A DNA stretch of 58,747 nucleotides, the filler included, from Dimargaris cristalligena (lineage: Eukaryota): the NCBI GenBank assembly GCA_003614675.1. It is 3 parts of 3 records of this genome, joined end to end, with 100 filler letters (N's around TTAATTAATTAA, not from the genome) between each part and the next. Parts side by side here need not be neighbours in the genome. Positions count along the whole stretch, not along the records: positions 19,711 to 39,199 come from ML002727.1; 2 more parts are not named here. One strand, given 5' to 3'. Positions 24,933 through 36,527 of this stretch are shown here, in pieces. How positions within the stretch are numbered: the stretch's first letter is position 1; each line of letters starts with the position of its first letter. The translations under genes and the position numbers were made by a program. The notes beneath the pieces were generated by a model. The model was not told the DNA's origin. It saw nothing but the letters and a program-made list of their open reading frames with translations, and ran no database searches.

Positions 24933-25307
24933 ATGAAGTTTGTCACCGCCGTTGCCTTTGTACAGGCATATGTGATCCTGTCATCGGCCATGCCCTTTTC
25001 TCAGCCAGGCGAACCTAACCAGCAACTGACCCAGTCACTCTTCGACGACCCATCCTACTACAGCCCTCAGTTGACCACCAACCTTGCCTACTCCGATACG
25101 ACCAGCCTCGCCCCCGACACGGCTCAAAATGACCTGCCGAAATACCTGCTAATGGATACCCGCTCTGCTTCGGTCGCCAATGACCCCAGTGCTGCCTCAA
25201 CTGTATCTTCGAATAACACGCAAGACCAAGGCAAGTCAATTATGGGGTACTGGAGCAGCTTTAAAAACTGGTCTGCTAATAAAATCAATTCATTCAAGCA
25301 GTCTTAA
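24933..25307 (+). CDS. Small secreted orphan protein (124 aa)
   Basis: GCCACCATGAAG start; MKFVTAVAFVQAYVILSSA signal; polar body; amphipathic C-terminus IMGYWSSFKNWSANKINSFKQS; TATTTAAA upstream (~24727). Confidence 0.75.
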   Translation: MKFVTAVAFVQAYVILSSAMPFSQPGEPNQQLTQSLFDDPSYYSPQLTTNLAYSDTTSLAPDTAQNDLPKYLLMDTRSASVANDPSAASTVSSNNTQDQGKSIMGYWSSFKNWSANKINSFKQS

Positions 25308-25635
25308 TTTTAAGCCTGCTGCCACCAACTTTGCCCATTTTTTTAGCCCTCTACAGTCGGCAATTTGGTGGTTTCTGGGTGCCACATTTTCTACTTCAAA
25401 TGCGCGGTACCCGCTGCCAGGATTGCTCGCCACTGGGTGCGCTTTAATGTCTACCGATACGTATGTATATGTATATAAAAACGAAATGACATTCTCCCTG
25501 TTCCATTCCCCTACTCTACCCCGCTGATGGGCAGTTCATTAAATAAATATATTCGGAAAGAGTAGGAATAGTAATAGGACGAGAAGGGTACCCTCTCATT
25601 CATTATAGGGATGGGGGATATTCGGGGTTTATTTT

Positions 25636-26813
25636 TTACAAGGCAGTTCCACGTTCAAAACTATCGCGGATATCTTGGGTGTGTTTATCGTAGGCCTGGG
25701 CAATGCGCTTATTAAACCGCTTGTTCTTCTCGTTGATGTAGGTGAGATTTTCGTCGTCCCGTTTCCTACGAGACAGCTTTTGCCGGTGGTCGATTCTGTG
25801 GGGGGTTTGCAAAGGGAGTGAAAGAGAAGGAGAAATGTTAGATTGGGTTGGATTGGATTAGGGGGATGAGTCAAGACAAACGATAATACCAGCACTGCAA
25901 TAGGGGAAAAACCGCCCCAGTCAAATATATATATATATATATAAGGATAGCCAGTCTCCATAGTGAACTCTTAGCTTACTCTTTCTCGACGTGTTTAGCC
26001 AACTTGTCGGTGGCATGTTGGGACGGCTGGTGCAGGAGGTCCACTGGGCCGGAAATAGTCGGTGGAGGAGCAACTACGCTATCCAGGACTTCGGAGTGGG
26101 CCCAGTCCTGGCCCTGGCCGATGGCAGACTGGATCTGCTGCTCCCGGTAGGCCTGTAGGTCGGGCTTGAGCTTGTCTACCATTTTACGGTACTTCTTTTC
26201 CGCCCACTGGCCATGGCTGGCGAACCGGGCCTCCTGTTCGCGGGTCTTCTTCGCCTCTTGTTTGGCATTCCACTTTTCAACGGCATCGATGGAATAGTCC
26301 CAAAAGCGGCTTCGTTCGTAATCCACACCTTGTTCGGTAGCGGTCTCTCGGGCCTGGAGGATTTCAGCCTCGCGCTTGGTCCGCTCCTGTTTCGCCTGCT
26401 GCCGAGGATCGGACTTTTCGCGCTGCTTTTCCGCATAGAGGTCGCGTTTGTTTTCAGTGGACGAGGAGGCCTACGGGGAGAGTATGGTATCAAAGCACCC
26501 GGGGTGCAACGCAAACTTTAGAGACCATAATTGGGGCGGAGGCAGAGACAGGCCAAATATCTATTATTCTTATATATATATATACCCAACGGGTATATGC
26601 GCCATAAGGATGGTGGTGGTGCGTACTTATACTTACCAGCAGGCTGCGCACTTGCTGCAAACGAAGGGCCCGCTCTTTCAGGGTATCGGGAGCGGTCTCA
26701 CTGGTGAGCACGGCCTGGACGGCATCGGGGGTCTGTTCATCGACCTCGCTATCGGACGATGACGACGGGCTGGCCTCGCGGGACTCAGACAGCGGGAGAG
26801 GCGAAGTGGACAT
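25636..26813 (-). CDS. SYF2: Pre-mRNA splicing factor Syf2; exons 26637-26813, 25980-26470, 25636-25795
   Basis: G.DYERSRFWDYSIDAVEKW, KYRKMVDKLKPDLQAY and the diagnostic C-terminus TYINEKNKRFNKRIAQAYDKHTQDIRDSFERGTAL. Confidence 0.95.
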
Positions 26814-27580
26814 GGAAGAATACTACAAGTGTAAACCTGGCTTAGGCCAAAACGGGAGAGGGCTGAAGTGGAACACAGGTTGGCAATGGAAGAAGCACCA
26901 ATGGATTCGGGGAGGGTTATTAAAATATACTCAAGAAATAAGGAAAGAGGAGGGAGGGAGGGTCATGATCGTTGGAAGAAATGGCACACCAGTTCGGGCC
27001 AGCTTGCACCACGCGGCTGAGCAGAGGGTGTGTGACGACGGTACAACACGGGTGTGATATTATAAATAGGCGGCAGAGGGAGGATTTAAAAATACAATCA
27101 ATATATAGGCTTTTAATCCCGCCCCTCCTCCTCCTTTGCTTCCTTGCTATTATGCTACTGCCCGCCCACTGAGTCTCGCAGCTGTCTCGGCCCGTTCTGA
27201 AACCCACCCTTCTTTTCTGCTTGGCCTGACCTAGCCTGCTTTAATACTAATATTTATATTCATACATACACATATCCATCTATCTATATTATATAGTTCT
27301 ATTTGTATCTATCTATCTAACTATCTTTGCTTCGCTCATCTCCTCTATAAGAAACACCTACCCCAGGGTAAAGAACCCTTGGCTGCCCATTCCTTCTAAC
27401 CTTGACCTCTTTCTCAGTCTCCCTCCTTTTCCCCCGCGTACTGTGTGTGTGTTCTATCCAGCGGCGCATCGGTTCCGGAGGCTCACTCTGCCTCTTGGCG
27501 CCCTCCTCCTACTTTACCACCTTGTTGTACTTTCACTTCCCTAGTATTATCGAGTCCTCCCCATCCTCCATACTTGCATC

Positions 27581-30500
27581 ATGTTGAAATTCAGTAAAAG
27601 CAAAAAGTCCGATCCTCGTTTGCCGGACGTCCTGCCGGGCAGCGACAACAAGGCCCTGGGTAAGCGCGACAAGTCCCCTCGCATAAACTTCTTCCCGTTC
27701 CGGTCCCATCACCCCCAACCCGTTCCCGTACCGGCCCCCACGCGCCCCCCCGCTGCCACCACCGCCAACGATGACAACGACGACCGCCCCGCTAGGTCGT
27801 CTCAGACAGGTGGGTTACTATTACTATTTAGCTAGCCTATTCAGTGCTTTTGAAGGTCTTGGTGACGGCTATATGCCATTCGGTACTATACCCTCTATCT
27901 GTAAATACGTCGCCCATACAGCCGCCCCATGATATCTAACCCAACCTAACCTTCCTGGCTATACGCGCATGTATCCCCAATTGTTCCCCCCTTTTCTCCG
28001 CTACCCTAGTCCGTGAATCATCCCACAAACCCGCTTCTTCCCCTGCGACCTATCTAACCGTTCCCGATTCCGCCCGACGAAGCATAGACCATGACCGCAC
28101 CACTGCTCCCTACGATACCGCCGCTCCCAAACTCAGCCTCGATGAGGGCACCCTATACCAGCACACGCAGGGCCTGGCCGGTGATGCCGAACCAGCGGCG
28201 CCCTCCTCCACGACCATGCCTATGCTGTCTGCCTCCCCTATTCAGCACCATTTGGCCGTTTCCCCCTCCTTTACCCCATACCAAATCCGGACCTCCCCTA
28301 AATCTGGGCCCAGCGACCACCGGGGCAAGCGCAAAGACAAGGGCCCTCCCCCTCCCAAGGCCCCGTCTGCCCATGTCCCCAAGGACGCGGCTAAATCGTC
28401 CAAGTCCCGTGCCCTGGGCATGTTCAGCGGCTGGTCGGGCAAGAAACATCCAGGTAAGTGGCGTTGTCCGTCTTTCTATAGTAGAGTAGAGTATACTTTA
28501 CTTCCCCATGGCTTCCCGATACAGCCCCCTCCAAGCTCCAGCTAGATGACTTACTCCCAAGTGACCCCTATCCATACCATACGGTACCTGGTATATTATA
28601 TCTATAATACTACTTTGCCTACGCCCCCATCCACACCGACAGATATCCCTCCCGCCTCGCTTCCTTTGGAACCCACGAGCAGCTCCGAATCCCTCAAGGG
28701 AGTACCTCTCAAGAAGTCTACTCACTCTCGTCACCGTAATGTTCCCGTGTTTGGCACCGAAATTGCCGTGGCGGCCGAGGCCACCCAACTAGACGACGGC
28801 CTTCCCCTTCCCGCCGTAGTGATACGCTGCATAGAATACCTAGACGACCAGGGACTTTACGAAATCGGGCTGTATCGGATACCAGGTAGCTCCAGCCGGG
28901 TGGGTAAGCTCCGGGCCATCTTCGATAAGGGCCGGGATATCGACCTGGAACAGTGCGAAACGGACCCCCACTCCGTGGCGGGCCTGCTGAAACTCTACCT
29001 CCGCGAACTCCCGTCGGCCCCCTTAACCGACGAATTGCTCCCCGAATTCAACGCCGTCGTTAACCCCCCGGTGAATGCCCAGACCGACCAGCACGACCGA
29101 GACTACCAAATTGCCCTGGTGCTAGCCCAGATTGCTAAACGTCTACCAGACCCCAACTACTACCTATTTCACTGGCTGTGTCGCCACTTGGCCCGGTTGG
29201 ACTACTATAGCGACATTAACAAGATGAATCTGTCGAATCTAGGCCTTATCTTTTGCCCCACCTTGCGTATCAAATCCTACGTGTTTCGAGCCTTTGTTAC
29301 CCAATCCGACGTCGTTTTCCCCCTACCCCGTCGGACGTCTGTGGCCGTGTACGACTCTTACCAGCAGACCCATTATTCAGTGGCGGGGGCTGCTGCTGCT
29401 GTCCCCACCATCAATCACCCAGCCGACGCCTTACCCTCGGCCAATGCCGCGGAGGGCGTGAATGACCCCTACTCCCGCCTCAGCGGAGGTGGTGGTGGTG
29501 GGGACTCGGTGCAGCTGGTCACCTGTTCTGCGGAGAATTTAAGTTTGGCCACTGATCCCCCACCTGTCCTCCGCGGTATGAACCGGCGCAGCCACCGCGC
29601 CCCACTCTCGGTCTGCGAACCCCCAACGTTTAATACCCCCCGTCACAGCATCAAGGCCGCACCACCGCGATCACGCACCAGTGGAGGGGGGCCACCCTCA
29701 TCCTATGACGATATGGACATGGAACGCATGTCGAAAGTGTACGATACCGATGAAATACTACGCTACTTTAACGCCTTACGCAGCTCTATTCACGAGGGTG
29801 GCTCGGACCCTGGTCCGCCTGCCGTCGTGGACCCAGTATCCCCAACCCCCGACGAACTGGACTCCATTCCCCATATGCCACCCCACCTGGCCCATTTAGA
29901 ACACCTGCATCAGTTCACTTCCGACGGTGGCTCCGCGATTGCCCGTTCTAAAATGACCCGGAGTCAACGCCGCCGAGGAGTGTTTATTCTGCAGCAGGGC
30001 CAAGATGCGACCTTCTCGGATGATACTTCGCAGGGCCTCTCCGACGGCCCCGAATTCTCCCCTCTGTCGGATGCTTTTGCTGACTCAAGTCCGGAACCCC
30101 GGGCCGCCGGCCTGGCGAGTGGAACTGACCTCCCGGAGCATACAGCACCGCAAACAGAACCTGAACCCGAGCCCGAACCAATCCCGGTCGCTAGTCCGCT
30201 GGTGAACCCCTTCACGGACGACCTTATTCTTTCTGGCGATGACTGCACCACCTCCAGTGGCTCCAATCCCGATACCACAGTATCGGCTGAACCCAATTGC
30301 CTGGAGGCCACCCCGCCACCCCCTCCGGCGCCCGACCTCCCTGATCCTACCCCCGACAAGAGTAGTAGTAAATACAAATTCTTTAAGTCTCTGTCCCCCT
30401 TTGGCGGGGCCAATCGTTCGCCTCCCGATGTTCCCACCCGAAAGGAGTCCCTGGAGCACGGTACCCCCAACCCACCGCGGCGCTCTTCTAAGCGACGACC

Positions 30501-30858
30501 AGCGCTCCCTGTCCAGACGGACCATCCCACCGATTCGATTGCCTCCACCCCACTGACGGCCCCGCTTCTCCCCACACAGTGGACGCAACCGGGCTCCCCC
30601 ACTACGCCGTCGACCCCCACCGATACCTCGCGACTGATTTTCAGTGGGGTGGGATCCGGCACTACCCCTTCGGTCAAGCGTAACTACAACCCTTTTCATA
30701 GCCTGACGGGGGGATCCCAGCGTAGCCGAAGCTCGCTCAAGAGCAGTCCCACGGCGGCCCAGGTGGCGCTGCTTTCTTCGTCACCTACACCACCTTCTCC
30801 CGCCATTTGTCGGCCCCTTTCAGCATCGTCGATGCCCCGCACCAGTCCTACTCTATAA
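27581..30858 (+). CDS. Rho GTPase-activating protein; exons 27581-27809, 28010-28453, 28643-30858
   Basis: RhoGAP domain VFG...LPAVVIRCIEYL...GLYRIPG (arginine finger)...DPHSVAGLLKLYLRELP...NKMNLSNLGLIFCPTL. Phase-1 introns join the upstream ORFs in frame. Confidence 0.92.
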
Positions 30859-30886
30859 CCCAGCCCCCTTTGCGCCACTCCCTCCT

Positions 30887-30889
<3 letters not shown>

Positions 30890-30918
<29 letters not shown>
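30890..30918. repeat. (CT)n microsatellite in the RhoGAP 3' UTR
   Basis: Perfect dinucleotide run. Confidence 0.9.
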
Positions 30919-30922
<4 letters not shown>

Positions 30923-31490
30923 CTGCAATAGAGCGGGTGTTTGTGGATAATCAGAGCTACGTTAGATATAGTCCGGGGGAATGACAAAGAACATAAACTA
31001 TAGGGAGGGAAGAGCACTTTAAAGGTACTCTTCTGGTGTTTGTACTACCGGATTGTATTTGCTATGTCATTTTTAGTTTTATTATTGCCACACCATTATT
31101 CTTTCATGCGCCACTATTATTCCGTTCGTTCCCAATTTCCACCGTTGTTTTATTTATATTTTAGTGTAGTAGCCATACAGTGTGTTTTAGTAGGGGATTG
31201 TCAAATGTTACGATGTCGATTGAACGTGGACTGGATATCCCGATTCCCCTCGAATTGAATTATTTTTTTATACAGGTGGGCTTTACCTTTACCCCCTCCC
31301 GATCCGTTTTAAGTTGATCTTTATAGTGCCGTTCACCTCCAAATGATTTGGAGGTGGTTTTATTATTATTATATTATTTGGGTGATTTTATATTTTTATT
31401 TTTATATTTCTAAATAGAGGCATATTCGGTTGTCCTTCTTGTAGTGTTGGTTTTTGGTGAGACGCGAGCCTAACTCACCACTATTATTGA

Positions 31491-32291
31491 TTAAGCGGTG
31501 GTGGGACGAGGGCTGGCAGTTGGTTCGTTGCCGGTTAGGTCCAGATGAAACTCAAACCACGGATCCGGACCTATGTATTATTATAGATACACAATTGATG
31601 TTCAGAATATGGGGGGGGAGGACATGAGTCGGCAGGGTGGGGCTAAAATGGGGAATTAGTTAATTACAGGATGAAGTGTGGAGGAGTCCCACCGACTCGG
31701 CCAGGGGACTTCAACTGAATTGACACGGTAAGGCGGACTGATCCCAAACTCATTAAGCTTAATGTATGGGATGTAATAGTGGTACTTGCCGTGTTCCACA
31801 GAGGAGCGACCGATCAGAGTGTAGCCGTTGGCCTGATACAGAGGAAACAGGGGCTGGTGGGCGATGAGGCGTATACACCGGTAGGGCTTATGCATACCGG
31901 GGGGCCAAGTAGAGCGGGGGGCTTGGTTCAGTGCTCGTAGACGCTGGGCCAGTTCCTTTAGCAGAAGGGAGGCAATGCCTCTACGCTGATAGTCTGGGTC
32001 CACGCACACCGAGTGGAGATTGACGGTGGTGCCCTCGGGGTCGTGGGTGTACATGGCGGCGTGGGTTAATGTGTCGCCCTGACTAGCCGTGGCACTCGTA
32101 AAGCCCACTAGCCGACCGACAGGGGAGTCTCGAGTGTAGGCCCCGATGCAAAAGTGGGGGGCCATTTGGTGTCGGCGGACGAGGGTGTCCCGGGAGGAGG
32201 CTTCGGAGGCGGGGAATCCCCGCAGCTCGAGCTGATAGGCCGCTTCCACGTCGTCTACGGGATGGACGTCATACGCGGCGGAGGGGGCCAT
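31491..32291 (-). CDS. GNAT N-acetyltransferase, Paa1/arylalkylamine N-acetyltransferase-like; exons 31790-32291, 31491-31570 (GC-AG intron)
   Basis: LELRGFPASEA, HDPEGTTVNLHSVCVDPDYQRRGIASLLLKE (acetyl-CoA motif A), and spliced C-terminus VEHGPDPWFEFHLDL. Confidence 0.9.
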
Positions 32292-32489
32292 GGAAAGAGA
32301 AGTTAATAAATAATGGGGGAGGAGGAGGGTTGGGCGGTTAGAAGCAACTCCGGAATAAACAACAATGGCTTCCAAACGCTGTACTGTGCCAGTAACTGCT
32401 GGTGGTACAATTTATTAAGGTAGAATGGCCTGTGACGATGTCTCTAGCCCAAGTAAGTGCGGTGTAGTAATATAGTGAGGCACGTGTGG

Positions 32490-32493
<4 letters not shown>

Positions 32494-32525
<32 letters not shown>
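32494..32525. repeat. (TA)n microsatellite between the divergent GNAT and thioesterase genes
   Basis: Perfect dinucleotide run. Confidence 0.9.
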
Positions 32526-32532
<7 letters not shown>

Positions 32533-32847
32533 ATTATTATGGGTGAAGAAAGCAAAGGGGGGGAGTGGCCCGCGTAATTTTATAATCAGCCAGCCACTAC
32601 TTTTATTTATGTTCGCTGTTGTCCCTCCTCATTTGTGGCTCATTCTTAGGAACCCCCTCTAACACCTCTTCTCTCCACTCTACTAAATTAGTTGTAGTAG
32701 CATAGCAGTGTTGGTTTCACCTCTATATCCTCCCTTTCTTACGTGTTTGTTACAACGACCACCGGCTACTCCGTACGTACACCAACCCCACTGAAACCGC
32801 CGGCCAAGTCCGTTATTATTATTATTTGTCGATATCTCCCCCACACC

Positions 32848-33597
32848 ATGTCCGCGGCGGACCAGCTGAGGGACTACAAGGACCAACTACTTAAAACGAA
32901 CACCTGGTTTGGGGTGGACCAGTCCCGAAGAGCCCAAGTAGTTCGGGTGAGTGAACCCGAGGACTCGACTAGTAGCAGCGGTTCTGGCCTGAGACGGGTG
33001 GTGTTTCATTTCCTTGTTATGCCTAGAGACGCCAATGGCGAAGGGGTCCTAGACGAGGCCAGTCTTATCCGACTCAATGACGATTTGTCGACGGTGGCGG
33101 TCATGTGGATTCAAGGTATGTATGTGGCTTAGTAGTAGTAGTAGTAGTAGTAGTAATGGTAGTAGTAATGGTAGTGGTAGTAGTAATGGTAGTGGTAGTG
33201 GTAGCAGGAGCAGTAGTAGTGAGAGGGAAGAGGATGGAATAGGGCCAAGGCGGATGCTATAAGATAATTCTATGTAGCTTTATGAACGATGGATATATAT
33301 ATATATATATATATGTATATTATGTGCTGTTGGTCTTCTGGTTGACGGTGGCAATGAATAGGGAGAATCGATGCGGCAGGAGTGTCGACCACGATGACCA
33401 GCCACCTGCGCGACCAAGCTCGAGTGGGAGACACGGTCCAACTCGAGTGCACCTTGACGGGGTATAGCGGTGCGTTTCTGTATTCGAGCACCCGGGTTAG
33501 CGTGGTGGATCCGACGGAACGGGCGCGGAATCTGGGGATACTGGCGCATACGAAATTCGTCCCAGAGCGTGTAGCAGCAGCCAGGAGCAGGCTGTGA
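32848..33597 (+). CDS. Hotdog-fold acyl-CoA thioesterase (ACOT13/PaaI-like) with PTS1 (-SRL); exons 32848-33115, 33362-33597
   Basis: N..G.L....L..L.D spacing (NGEGVLDEASLIRLNDD), GVST.M...L..A..GD.V, HTKF near the C-terminus, terminal SRL; GTATGT...AATAG intron. Confidence 0.75.
33130..33220. repeat. Imperfect (AGT)n microsatellite inside the thioesterase intron
   Basis: agtagtagt... with aat/ggt variants. Confidence 0.85.
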
Positions 33598-36527
33598 ATC
33601 GAAGCATCAATAAACGACTTGAGGCTTTTCTGGGCCCCAGCACATTATACATTGCACACCTATTCTCTCTTGGGCTGGTGGAGTGAATGATATTGAATCG
33701 AAGTGAGATTAGTTTGGTTTGGTTTGGTTTGGTTTGGCTCGGCTCGTTTTGGCCAGGGAGAGGGATCCATCCAAGATGTACATGTCAGCAGCCGATGCGG
33801 AAAGAGTTAAAGTAAGAGAAAGAGTGAGTGAGTGAGTGAGTGGCAGGGAGGATTGACCTGTCTTTGCACACAGTGGCTCCCGACGTAGCCAATCATCTGG
33901 GTAACAACCGTCCGGTTTTAAATCATCCATGATGAGACGCGAAGAGGTCCCTAAAATCCTAGAGGTAAAGAGGTTGGATAAATTGCAGTGCTGCGTCGTA
34001 GAAGATTATAGAATGAATCGAGTAGGTGGGTAAGTAGTAATCGGGGGTAATACCAATACCAATACTAATAGGAATAGGTGGCATATTGTGACGACGAGCC
34101 TCTTTGCTTTAGGCCGTTCGTTTCCAACGGGCCCTGCTGTTACACCAAAAAAAAAACGGCCGCTGTGGGCGATGGTGGCCAATCTAAGATACTGCACTAT
34201 TATAATAACCATGACCCTAATAAACCCTTTCTTTGGCCGGCGGTCGTGGACGGACGGGGTGACTGCGAAGCAACGACCGGCCGTATCCGTCGATGCTATA
34301 TTATATAATATAATAGTGTAGTATTCGAAGCGGGGAGCCTCCTCCGCTATAATTACTACTACCTCTTCTTCTCTTATCCACTGGTTTTTTTTCCGGTCCT
34401 ATCAGCGCCGCGTGCATCGGGACGGTTCTGCCACATTGGCACGTCTCCTCTTTATTTGGTGGCCTTTCCTTTCTTTTATCACTCACACCCATTATATTCC
34501 TCTCCCCTTCCCCCTCTCCCTCCCGGCCCGTCCGCTTCTATCCTATTGCTTGCCAGTCTTTCCCCATCCGTCCTGACCTGACCATTCCCTTCGGCTGGGT
34601 CTCTCCGTTGTATGCATATTGCCCGAACTTCGTCTCCGGCTTAGTGTGATGTCCTACGACTCTATGCACTTTGTTATATTCCCTTCTTTTCCTGGTCGTT
34701 CATTTATGCTATCCCTTTCCCCTCTTCTTTCAATATATTATATTTAATTATCTCTCTCTCTCTCCATTTAGTCGTCGTCGCCGCCCTCATCCTTAGACCA
34801 ACCCTCCTCGCTGGAACACTAGTAGTCGCCTGGTAAGTAAGAGCTGCGGTGCATAGCCTCCAACCACCCTCTCCATGTAACTCTTGAACTATAAACAGAG
34901 TGACGACCGTCAGTTGTGGTCCCTAAAAGGCAGTGAAACCCACCCACCCCACCCCTCTCACTGGCGGCGTCACCATGGGTGGGGCCGCACTACCGTTTTT
35001 TTAATAGCTGGCTGTGGACCTGCAGTATACTTCGAAACTCTGCGTGTGCTTGGGCGCGGGTTCGGGGGGGGGCGTTATGGAAAAGCAAGTGGAAGCCATA
35101 CGGACTGCAACGTGTGCTCCAAGCCGAGATAGTGTGCGGGCTACGGCAACGTGCTTGATTTCCCTAGCCCCCAACCTTCTCTCCTTTTCCAGCCGCTCGC
35201 CTGGTTTTGGTAGCCGAGGCCGCCTGCCTGACTTGATTGACTTGACCGAGGCCTCTCCGCCTTCCATGGTTCACCAAATTCTGCATATAGCCCCCCCCCC
35301 TTATTTTGTTTCCACCGCACAGGCGCTTTGGGGGTCGGTATTTGGCCTGTGTAATCCTGCGACCTTGCTTAGTCTGGCTGTTGTAGCCAGCTGATATCGA
35401 AGCGTATCAACGGCATCCTGCCCCACTTTGCTGCTTAATTAATGGTAGTGGTTAGTAATCTCCCGCTCAATATGCTGCCTCTTCACTTACTAACCCTCCA
35501 AAGTATATGCTCTACCCCTTTATTTGGCGGCTGTTTTTCGTTATCTTTCTCTCTTTCCCCTCCTCTCGATGTCCACAAACCGCGGCCTCTCTCCCTTTAT
35601 TCCCCCCCCTCCTTTACCACTGATCGCTCACTAGCCAATCGTGCGCCTCCTGGCTGGTTACAGTGTTCGGCTATTGGCTGCATTCCACTATTTTTTTCGC
35701 CCTACATAATAATACTCCACTGCCAACAGCTGTAGTGCCGGTGTACTGTTGGCCTGCCTCATTCCCAACCCCCGGATCATTTTTCGGCTCGTCTCGGGCC
35801 TCGTCATCCTGTCATTGGGGTTTCCGCATCGCCCGGCCCGCCTTTAACCCTATACGATCCAGTGATTTAACCTTTTCGGTAGCATCAGGTAAGCCAGCTT
35901 AAAAATACACTGTGTCCCAGACAGATTGGTACAATAGTTAGTTCCCTGGGATGTGGCTCTCAGCCCAGACTTTCTCTCTCTCTCTCTCTCTCTCTCATGG
36001 GCTGGGCTTGCGTGGTCCCCAAAGGAGAGTGGTGGTCCCTCTCTCCGTTTTCCTTGGGGGCTGCGGCAGTAGGTCACATACATAATATACGCGCCAATTG
36101 ATGAGTGGGAAAGGCAAGAAATAACCAAAGAAAGAAAGTGGGAGAGGGAGAAGAAGCTATATCTACTTTGTGAGGGTTATCTAAGTTGATATTGGGTGGT
36201 GGGGAGGTGCCGTCCTCCTTCCGCACCGGGTCTTTCTGTCCTTGGACCACTTTTTTATACACGACTGACCTAACCATGTTACTTACATGGTATTACTTTA
36301 AAACTCGCCCATTATGCTAACCTTTCCCTCTCCGCAATAACCTCCTTACCCTTTTAACCGCTCCTTCTCACCACTGCCTGATGACCGACGGCCCTCTGCT
36401 GCTCTGAACCGCATCTTAATTAGGCCCTCGTATTATACACAAAACGTACCTCGCAGCTCACGCTTCGTCCCCTTGGCGCTCCCCACTTGCCTTTCCGCTT
36501 CCAATTGTTTCGTGTTGACCCACCGTT

